A stretch of DNA of 17,271 bases from Candidatus Hydrothermarchaeales archaeon (GTDB lineage: Archaea > Hydrothermarchaeota > Hydrothermarchaeia > Hydrothermarchaeales > JAZGAD01). Under the pieces are notes generated by a model. The model had not been told where the DNA came from, did not search any database, and saw only the letters and a list, made by a program, of their open reading frames with translations. Below, one piece after another: positions 1 through 7,221 of this stretch (the first letter of the stretch is position 1; every line of letters begins with the position of its first letter). The DNA is taken from contig JAZGAD010000030.1 in NCBI GenBank assembly GCA_036444275.1, positions 1 through 17,271 of the forward strand. The letters are read 5' to 3'. Made by a program: the position numbers and the translations under genes.

Positions 1-276
1 AGACTCTGTTTCACGTTCGGTATCGTGTTTCAACTGCCGATTATCGTGCTCGTGCTGAGCCTCACCGGTCTTGTCACCCCCGGTCTTCTCCTTCGGCAGT
101 GGCGCTACGCCATCCTTGTGATTTTTGTGGCGGCCGCGATCCTGACTCCGCCCGATCCCGCGTCACAGGTATTGATGGCTTTGCCGGTCATACTTCTGTA
201 TATTGGGAGCGTTTTGGTCGCTCACGTCGCCGTCAGAAAACGACAAAAGAGACAGCCGTATGTGGAGAATGACTGA
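1..276 (+). CDS. tatC: Twin-arginine translocase subunit TatC, 3' part (5' end outside window), bacterial segment
   Basis: Frame is open from base 1 (RLCFTFGIVFQLP...). Contains typical TatC C-terminal motifs FQLP, WRYAILVIFVAAAILTPPDP and LLY with hydrophobic TM segments. Confidence 0.92.
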   Translation, partial: RLCFTFGIVFQLPIIVLVLSLTGLVTPGLLLRQWRYAILVIFVAAAILTPPDPASQVLMALPVILLYIGSVLVAHVAVRKRQKRQPYVEND

Positions 277-297
277 CCGGGTGAGATCGGAGAACAA

Positions 298-478
298 TTG
301 CCGAAGAGAATAACCAAAAACACGGCCAAGAAAGTAGCGCGATTCACTCTGGAGAAGAAGGCGTTTGACGTTCAGCTCATGGATCTTCGCAAGGTCACAC
401 CGGTGACGGATTTTTTTGTGATCTGTTCCGGTACAACAAATGTGCAGGTCAAGGCGATCGCAGACAACGTGATTGATC
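298..478 (+). CDS. rsfS: Ribosome silencing factor RsfS (Iojap), N-terminal ~60 aa only, broken at the GATC junction
   Basis: TTG start after GGAGA. EKKAFDVQLMDLRKVTPVTDFFVICSGTTNVQVKAIADNV matches the RsfS N-terminus. After ...NVID the ORF runs into antisense of the tubulin-family gene and lacks the RsfS C-terminal EG...W.L.D...VH motifs. Confidence 0.88.
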
Positions 479-1186
479 CTTGCTACCTGGGGCGATCATC
501 ATGTCTATTACTTTTATTATTTCTTGATTTATCGTGTAGTACCGCTCCTCCGTTTCAGCGCCACTTACGCCGACGATCTTTTCCACTTGGTCGTTGTCCA
601 CTAATAGTAAGAGGTCTGCGTTCTGTCTACCGTCGCTGCCGAACTTAAGCAGTCTCGAGATGCCGCATACGACGTTGAAGAATCTCTGGGGCGCCTCAAA
701 GTCATAGGGGAGTATCCCGAGGGACATATAACTGTTCTCGCCAGCAGCCACTATACCCTTGCCGTATTTGAGCTCATGGATTATGTATGGTAAAGAGCCG
801 TTCCCAGTGCCGCCTCCCAGTGTTGTGATACCAAAGAGTACATCTCGCCCACCAAGTTTCAGATTAGTTATATAGCGCCTTATGGTATCGAAATCTTCCC
901 TAGCCTCGTTCTCCCCGACCTTCCAGTTATTTCCGGCTCCAGAGGGAGATTTCCCGAAGATACAGATCTTCTCCCGTCTTATGCGGTCGTAGACCTCGCT
1001 GAAATTTGGATCCTTAGTGAGCATGTACTCAAAGGTCTTCTCAGGCCTCACGTCGGCCGTCGTGGTATTCAACAGCAGCACGCGATCATCTATGGTTGGA
1101 TTATGAAATTTTGCGTAATATAAAAAGGACACTCTATTAGCGCCTTCCCCCGCGGCTATTATGCTCCATCTCGTTCCTTCTTCCAT
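449..1186 (-). CDS. Tubulin/FtsZ-superfamily GTPase (divergent, CetZ/tubulin-like); C-terminal domain missing, genuine sequence ends at ~475
   Basis: Degenerate T1 IIAAGEGANRV, LLLNTT, T3 SGAGNNW, T4 LGGGTGNG, GILPY..E, LLLVDN and YYTINQEI. AGGTGA Shine-Dalgarno before the ATG. Stops just before the expected T7 loop. Confidence 0.88.
   Translation of the reverse strand: MEEGTRWSIIAAGEGANRVSFLYYAKFHNPTIDDRVLLLNTTTADVRPEKTFEYMLTKDPNFSEVYDRIRREKICIFGKSPSGAGNNWKVGENEAREDFDTIRRYITNLKLGGRDVLFGITTLGGGTGNGSLPYIIHELKYGKGIVAAGENSYMSLGILPYDFEAPQRFFNVVCGISRLLKFGSDGRQNADLLLLVDNDQVEKIVGVSGAETEERYYTINQEIIKVIDMMIAPGSKDQSRCLRSP
475..478. other. Probable chimeric junction (GATC) between bacterial and archaeal DNA
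   Basis: rsfS (+) and the tubulin-family gene (-) both lose recognisable family similarity at this GATC. Genes to the left are bacterial and genes to the right are archaeal. Confidence 0.8.
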
Positions 1187-1202
1187 AGGTTCACCTGGCT
1201 TC

Positions 1203-2633
1203 TTATTTCCTTCTCCTCAATTTCTCTCTCAATTCAGTGGTAATTATTGATTTCAAAGTGAGAACAGGTGGATTCTCCTTGAACTCTACATCTGAGTGCT
1301 TCGAACTGTAAAAGTGCATGAATTTATCAGCGTACTTGACCTTTAAATCCGGTCCGGCCAGTTTCCCATTTTCCTTTAATCTTTGGGTGATTATAGGCTC
1401 TAGTTTTTTGAAATTCTCTAGCACCTTCATGAACATAACATCCTTACGGTACTGCACAGTCACCCGCTTCAACGCCTTCAAGGAGTCTTTACTGAAGGCA
1501 TCCAACTCCTGAGACGGATCGACCTTATCAACAAGCTCACCAATACCATCATCTCGGTCCCAGAAATCCTTCCCAGGTTCGTGTGGGGTTATCTCGGCTT
1601 CCATATCAGAGAGTTCATGGTTCAGCTCTGCCAGTGTAGCCGCTAGTTTGTTCTTGAATTGAGCATCAAGCTCTTGAAGTTCGTCCATTCTCCCTGGATC
1701 ATTGAGCGAGGAAATTCTGTCCTTCAGCTCCCTTATGGGAAAACTATATTTTGTAGCCTCCCCACCCAGGAACTCGAGGTGTTTCTCCACAGAGGAAAGT
1801 AGCCGAGTGTGTTGCTTTGCAAAGCTGGAGGCCATAATATCTTTTAATTTGTTCCTAGCAGTTATGAACAGGGAAACGCACGCATCCAGATCGTCCATTC
1901 TTTTCATTGCTTTCGTTATATCTTCTTCAGCCTGATTCGTATCCCCGTATTTCTTGGCCGTAGATGCTATGGTCGTGACCTCCTCCACACAGCTTGTCAA
2001 TAAGGAAGTAAAGACTTCATCGGCCCTCCGGTCCTTCTCTACCAGTTCCTCCAAGCTCTTGGCATAGTAGTTTGCGACAGCATCGAAATCCTTTACGCCT
2101 TGCCCTATACTATACCCCGCGCCTTCTAATTCTTGCAGCTTGGAGCCGAGGTTGCGGATGTGTTCATTCAGCTCGGGCTTGTAGCTGCCGGCGGTAAGGG
2201 TTTCTAAACTGAGGAGTTTCTGTTCTGTCTTCCTTGTCTGTTGCTCAATAAAGGTCAAAGTAGACTTATAGACTCCCCTGGTAACCCTCTCGAAGTTTTC
2301 ATCAAAGAGCCTTAACTTAATAAGGCTGCTCCTTATGGCATCTAATTCCCGCTGGATATCCTTGATGTCGATAAGGTTGCTGGATTGAGTGACTAAATCC
2401 TGGGTTTTGTTAAATTCCATCCTGATCTTGCTTAGAGTCTCAACCTTTAGTTTTTCTATTGTCTTGTCAGAGGTTGTCTTCCACCAAGTATAAAGAACGC
2501 TCCCTAGGATAGAGACAGCTATCACTCCTAGGCCAAAATACGCTACTTCTGCTATCCCAAAGTTCACTAACAAAAAAAAACCTACACCAATGGTGGCTGC
2601 TATAACTATTGTAGCGGCGACGTACTCATTCAT
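1203..2633 (-). CDS. Membrane-anchored long coiled-coil protein (two N-terminal TM helices, small C-terminal globular domain)
   Basis: Two hydrophobic N-terminal segments followed by ~370 aa of E/K/L-rich helical sequence. Start moved to ATG 2633 because GAGGTG (SD) lies 6 nt upstream. Ends 16 nt before the tubulin-family gene, so probably the same operon. Confidence 0.85.
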   Translation of the reverse strand: MNEYVAATIVIAATIGVGFFLLVNFGIAEVAYFGLGVIAVSILGSVLYTWWKTTSDKTIEKLKVETLSKIRMEFNKTQDLVTQSSNLIDIKDIQRELDAIRSSLIKLRLFDENFERVTRGVYKSTLTFIEQQTRKTEQKLLSLETLTAGSYKPELNEHIRNLGSKLQELEGAGYSIGQGVKDFDAVANYYAKSLEELVEKDRRADEVFTSLLTSCVEEVTTIASTAKKYGDTNQAEEDITKAMKRMDDLDACVSLFITARNKLKDIMASSFAKQHTRLLSSVEKHLEFLGGEATKYSFPIRELKDRISSLNDPGRMDELQELDAQFKNKLAATLAELNHELSDMEAEITPHEPGKDFWDRDDGIGELVDKVDPSQELDAFSKDSLKALKRVTVQYRKDVMFMKVLENFKKLEPIITQRLKENGKLAGPDLKVKYADKFMHFYSSKHSDVEFKENPPVLTLKSIITTELREKLRRRK

Positions 2634-2742
2634 GAAGTGCACCTCGAGAAACCTTGTCTTACTACAGTAAAGGAAATACCCTGTTTTTGTTAATATCCTT
2701 TTGCAATCTTCTCTGACAACCCATTTGATCTACCACTCGAAC

Positions 2743-2756
2743 TTATACTAGTATAA
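2743..2756. promoter_or_regulatory. Perfect 14-bp palindrome TTATACTAGTATAA in an AT-rich intergenic region, possible operator or promoter element
   Basis: Read directly from the sequence. Lies ~110 nt upstream of the coiled-coil gene start. Confidence 0.35.
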
Positions 2757-2911
2757 TATCAATAATAAATGCATTTCCCTTTTTAGTATTAATGGTGAAC
2801 CACTTCCTATTGTAAGTGATTTAACAATTAGATTAGAGCATATATTATATCTTCAATGGTATGGTAGCCTAGTCTATTTAATCCGAAACCTAGCTTATCT
2901 AACCCTCTGGA

Positions 2912-4141
2912 TTATTCCAGAGTAGCAGCTTCTTCTGCTTCCTCTGCCTCGTACACAGCGAAGTCCTTTTCGTATTCCTCTAGGACCCGTAAAGAAATAT
3001 TCTCGTACTGCCCGGCTAGCTTGCTCAGCGTGTATAGCCTAGACAACTGATTGGGCCTGTATGTTAGGAGTACTGTGGCGCTAGCGAGGTTCCTCTTGGT
3101 GAGAGCGACACCGAAGTGCGTCTCACCCAAACGCGACCTCTCTTCCATCACCCTCTTTGCCATCGACGTGTTCACCTTACCGGCTTTGGTAAGGTATGCA
3201 GGTGGAAGCCGCAGTAGCACGAGGTTCTTTTCGGCTTCTCCAACCCGTATGTCTTCTAGGGATAACTTCATGAAAGCCCGGTAGAGAAGGCTCACCACAT
3301 CTATCTCCTTGTACCCCCTTACCGGGAAGATATAGTGTAAGAAGTCCCTTGTCTTCTCACTAGCCCTGCCTAGGCAGGCAAAGCCCGGGCGCTGCTTATC
3401 CTTAAGAGTGAAAGAGGATGCAGCTATCATGTCCTTAATATCTATTACAGGTGCATAGCCCTCAAACTCAGCTGGGTTCAGCCTCTCCAATGCGGTACCG
3501 ATCACTATGTCCCTCAGGCTCCTAGCTACATATTCATTGTAGCGCTGGAATAGGTTCTCGCTGCTCTCAGAGTATGCCAGCTTCTGGTTGTCCACGAGCA
3601 CGATAGAATCCACATATTCAACGAGAATGTTCAGACTTTCCACAGCGTTCTTAGCGGTTAGACCGCCCTCATGGCTGGCTGGCAAAACTACGATGGCTAT
3701 CACAGGGATTCCCATCTCTTTGAAAACTTTTGCTATTATGGGTCCAGCACCGCTTCCTGTTCCACCTCCAAGACCGAAAGCCACAAAGGCGACGGCTATG
3801 CCCACGCCCTTTTCGTCAGCACCCTTTACTCTGGCCCTTTCCACGATTATGTCCCGTATGCTATCCTCATAGCGCTCAGCATCTTGCGCGGCATTTGCCC
3901 TGTTCTTTCCATAGCCCCCGCTGACGAAGTGTTCGAAACCCGTTATTTTGCCATCGATGAAGCCTCTATCTCTAGTCATGCCTACCCAGTACCGCCTATC
4001 GATGTACTTCAAAGTCTGCAGGTCCATGGTAGCTGAATTCACAAGGATAGGCTCAGCTACCTGGTACATGTTTTTTTCATAGAAAGCGGCATCTACTATC
4101 GCTCCACCGCACTGTCCTACTCCGATGAATGCATATGGCAT
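2912..4141 (-). CDS. Tubulin/FtsZ-superfamily GTPase, CetZ-like, full length
   Basis: T1 FIGVGQCGGAI at the extreme N-terminus (no FtsZ N-terminal extension), LVNSA, GGYGKN, T4 GLGGGTGSG, VVLPASHEG, LVDN, T7-like VIDIKD, LGRASE and an acidic C-terminal tail. Confidence 0.92.
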   Translation of the reverse strand: MPYAFIGVGQCGGAIVDAAFYEKNMYQVAEPILVNSATMDLQTLKYIDRRYWVGMTRDRGFIDGKITGFEHFVSGGYGKNRANAAQDAERYEDSIRDIIVERARVKGADEKGVGIAVAFVAFGLGGGTGSGAGPIIAKVFKEMGIPVIAIVVLPASHEGGLTAKNAVESLNILVEYVDSIVLVDNQKLAYSESSENLFQRYNEYVARSLRDIVIGTALERLNPAEFEGYAPVIDIKDMIAASSFTLKDKQRPGFACLGRASEKTRDFLHYIFPVRGYKEIDVVSLLYRAFMKLSLEDIRVGEAEKNLVLLRLPPAYLTKAGKVNTSMAKRVMEERSRLGETHFGVALTKRNLASATVLLTYRPNQLSRLYTLSKLAGQYENISLRVLEEYEKDFAVYEAEEAEEAATLE

Positions 4142-4163
4142 AGTCTACTCTTAGGGGGTAAAT

Positions 4164-4173
4164 ATTTATAAAT
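4164..4173. promoter_or_regulatory. Palindromic archaeal TATA box (ATTTATAAAT), likely bidirectional promoter for leaderless transcripts
   Basis: TTTATAAA at 4165-4172 sits in the middle of a 53-nt spacer, ~23-24 nt from both divergent ATGs (4141 and 4195). Confidence 0.7.
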
Positions 4174-4194
4174 TTATAGGGTGGAATTAGATGC

Positions 4195-5157
4195 ATGAGT
4201 TCAAGAGTTCTGCTTCTGGCGATGACTTTAATGTTAATTCCTTCGGTTTATGCCCAAAGTTGCGGGGACCTTGTATTAACGGTACGGGGCTTGCAGTCCC
4301 CTGCTTTCGACGAGTACTACCAGCTCAACGACATGAAGCAGGATGCCCTGCTTATCCTCTATGGACGGGAGAGGGCTACTTGTCCCGAAGAGGTTATAGG
4401 TCTCTCATCCTCAACAATAGAGTTCATTGAAGATTTCAGTGTTGCCTACAACCTGAGCCGGTCAGAGGCACGTGTAGATCGCGTCGATGCATTGGAGAAA
4501 TCTGTGAAGCTAGTAGGTTCTGCAGCTGCATTATCCCGGTACACGTTGGGTATAGAGGCTGAGGATCTAATAAATTCGGCGCAGCAGGCCTCTAGGGAGT
4601 TTCTCATTATACAGGGCAAGGCATTTCTAAGCAAGGCAGAGAGTGCTTCGGCAACGAAGGATAAGATCTTTAACTACAAGCAGGCCACCGTAGCATACGA
4701 AGCAGCTGGAGAAACCCTGGAGGCAGCTAACCTGAGGATGAAATGGAAGGCATTGGAAGAGAGCTATTCGAGAGATATGGAGAAAGCCGATGTGCAATTT
4801 GTTGCAGGAGAATCAAAGTATTCCTTAGCAAAACAACTACTATCTCGGGATATTTTTTCTAGAATAGAGGCATATACATTAACCAGGGAAGCGTCGATCC
4901 ACTTCGAGAAAGCAGCGGTTTACTATGAGTATCATCGTGAGCAAGAAAAGATCAGGGATACAGTGGGTGAGATATCTGCTACAGCGAATACGCTGCAGGA
5001 ATTGAGGAATAACATCGGGCTGTATTTCGCTATCTCAGGCATCGCCTTGTTGGGTGTTGCCCTGTTCTTGATAAATCGTTTGAAGGCATGGAATAACGAC
5101 GCATATGACTACAACTTGGGAAATGAACTAGTGCAGGTGAGTACCGGTGAAACATAG
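4195..5157 (+). CDS. Exported alpha-helical single-pass membrane protein (signal peptide, helical ectodomain, C-terminal TM, short tail)
   Basis: Signal peptide MSSRVLLLAMTLMLIPSVYA, TPR/SNAP-like helical patterns (YKQATVAYEAAG), TM GLYFAISGIALLGVALFLI. Confidence 0.85.
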   Translation: MSSRVLLLAMTLMLIPSVYAQSCGDLVLTVRGLQSPAFDEYYQLNDMKQDALLILYGRERATCPEEVIGLSSSTIEFIEDFSVAYNLSRSEARVDRVDALEKSVKLVGSAAALSRYTLGIEAEDLINSAQQASREFLIIQGKAFLSKAESASATKDKIFNYKQATVAYEAAGETLEAANLRMKWKALEESYSRDMEKADVQFVAGESKYSLAKQLLSRDIFSRIEAYTLTREASIHFEKAAVYYEYHREQEKIRDTVGEISATANTLQELRNNIGLYFAISGIALLGVALFLINRLKAWNNDAYDYNLGNELVQVSTGET

Positions 5158-5170
5158 TTCCGGGGGTGAA

Positions 5171-7180
5171 ATGGGGTTCAATCTAGTTAAGTTGGGCGTT
5201 GTCTTACTCCTCGTGTCAACCTTCTTTGGCGAGGCATATGCGATTGTCACGTGGCATGTATCAGGGTGGAATTACGAATTTGACGTTGACTTCAATGAAC
5301 CCAGAGGCACGAAACAATACACGATAGGTAGAACAATTGTGTTTTATAATAGCGATGAGAATTACAGCGTATCTATTCCTAGTCTAGCTGCTACTACAGA
5401 CATAGATGGTTTTACGGTCGAGTTGAGGGCGACATCTATAAATATTGATCCAGAAACGACTAAGAGTGTGGACGCGACCTTCCACGTTGCTCCTAACATG
5501 ACAGAGGGCACTCACAAGGGTAAATTGAGGATAACAGGTGCAAATGTAAGTACCAGTCCGAAGTCGGTTACGGTAGACATAACCTGGCCCAACCCAGCTA
5601 TTACTGCGGTCTGGGATCAAAGGGACTGGGGTAAATTAAAGGCTGGCAGTGCCTTCAAACAGAGATTCATCGTAAACGAGACCATGGGGTACCACCTTGC
5701 TGAGAATGTTAGCCTTAGGATAGGTAATATAGGGTCAGCAGCGTTGAATTATAGCGGTGCTCTTGGGGACATACTTCCATTTGGATCTAAGAGGGTGACA
5801 GTAGATGTAGAGGTGCCTGAGCGGAATCTGGAGCCAGGCACATACTCGGTTACGCCGAGGTTAAGCTCAACTAACATCACTGACATAGACGTGGAAGATG
5901 CCGCCTATGCCATACCCATGCCGGTATTAGAGCTGGACAACCATTCTATGGCTTTCGGTGACATCACCTTTGAAGCTGGGAGAGACGCTTCATTGAATAT
6001 CTTGACCGTGAAGGAGAGCGGGGGTTATACCCCTGTAGAGGACATAAACCTAACCCTTTCATCCGGGGAGGGTGGCTGGATAACCTATACTCAGATCGAT
6101 TATCTACCCCGAAACTCGTCCAAAATTCTCAACTTTATCCTAAGGCTGCCGCCGGAAGCCAGCTTAGGAGATAAGAAATGGGAATTCACTATCGACACCC
6201 TATATGCCGGCTCTCATAAAATCGAGGCAACTACCACTGTGTATTTCCCTGGAATCGAGGATGCATTGATAGACCTGCAAAACGCCACGGTACTAAACGT
6301 CACGGAATCCAAAATCATCCTAGATAACTCCTTGCTCCTGCTTCAAAACTCTAGGGGAGCGACTGAAATCAGGAAGATCGCGATGGTAATGTCAGTATAT
6401 AGTGGTACTCGGTCCATACTGAATCTAATGAAGGAGGCAAAGGATAGCAAAGCCACCGATCTTGATAGAGCAGGTTCTGCGATTATACTAGCTGAAAATG
6501 CCCTCAACAAGATAAAGATCGGAGACGAGAACATAGAGGATGAGAGTCTGAAGCAATACACTACTGCAATTGCGCAAGCAGCCGATTCGCTGTGGAGGTC
6601 TAATGCTGTCGCTATCCTGAGTTTGATAAGTGATAGAGCTGAGGCGAGTAAGGACTCTGATTATAAGACAGCAGCAATATACTACAAGAGGGGAAAGAAG
6701 ATATACTCCCTTCTTGGCGATACAGAGGCAGAGAATGAGTACCTCGCCCTCCAGACGCTAAAGGAGGAGGAGTACCGCGAGTCGCTTACAAGGGCGATAA
6801 AGCTGAAGTCAGAAGGAGCAGGAGAATTAGAAGTTGCAAGGGCGAAGATGTTTGGAATAGGCAACGTATACTTTGTTCTGAATCCTTTTGCCTATGATTT
6901 GGTCTCGCAGAATTATAGGCGTGTCATCGAGAAATATACCGATGCTAGAGAGCTATTCGAGGTCGCTGGCGAACGCGACGATGCAGAACTCCTTTCAAGG
7001 GAGGTAGTAGCGACTGTAAATCAGGAGCAAACGATTCGGATAGGCTTTTTGGTGTATGGACTATTCTGGACTGTCTTATTCGTAGGATTCATTGCGAGAG
7101 TAAGCTTGGGACTGCAGTACTTCAAGCAGGATGAGGAGGATACCTACATCGGCGAAGTGGTGCTGCCAGAAGAAAGATGA
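5171..7180 (+). CDS. Exported single-pass membrane glycoprotein (Ig-like beta domains, helical domain, C-terminal TM, short tail)
   Basis: Start moved to ATG 5171 (GGGGTGA SD). Signal peptide ending AYA, about three beta-sandwich-like segments (EGTHKGKLRITG, PGTYSVT, GDKKWEFTI), about 12 N-x-S/T sequons, TM GFLVYGLFWTVLFVGFIA. Confidence 0.85.
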   Translation: MGFNLVKLGVVLLLVSTFFGEAYAIVTWHVSGWNYEFDVDFNEPRGTKQYTIGRTIVFYNSDENYSVSIPSLAATTDIDGFTVELRATSINIDPETTKSVDATFHVAPNMTEGTHKGKLRITGANVSTSPKSVTVDITWPNPAITAVWDQRDWGKLKAGSAFKQRFIVNETMGYHLAENVSLRIGNIGSAALNYSGALGDILPFGSKRVTVDVEVPERNLEPGTYSVTPRLSSTNITDIDVEDAAYAIPMPVLELDNHSMAFGDITFEAGRDASLNILTVKESGGYTPVEDINLTLSSGEGGWITYTQIDYLPRNSSKILNFILRLPPEASLGDKKWEFTIDTLYAGSHKIEATTTVYFPGIEDALIDLQNATVLNVTESKIILDNSLLLLQNSRGATEIRKIAMVMSVYSGTRSILNLMKEAKDSKATDLDRAGSAIILAENALNKIKIGDENIEDESLKQYTTAIAQAADSLWRSNAVAILSLISDRAEASKDSDYKTAAIYYKRGKKIYSLLGDTEAENEYLALQTLKEEEYRESLTRAIKLKSEGAGELEVARAKMFGIGNVYFVLNPFAYDLVSQNYRRVIEKYTDARELFEVAGERDDAELLSREVVATVNQEQTIRIGFLVYGLFWTVLFVGFIARVSLGLQYFKQDEEDTYIGEVVLPEER

Positions 7181-7221
7181 TTGTTCCTTTCGATTCGACA
7201 TATCGCTGAGCTGACGTGATG

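Noticed and set aside
479-648. C-terminal half of the 116-aa ORF as genuine RsfS
   Set aside because: It is antisense read-through of the tubulin-family gene and has no RsfS motifs.
2912-4141. Calling this gene canonical ftsZ
   Set aside because: It lacks the N-terminal extension and the GAGANP and NVDFAD motifs. It is CetZ-like, but no symbol is assigned without a phylogeny.
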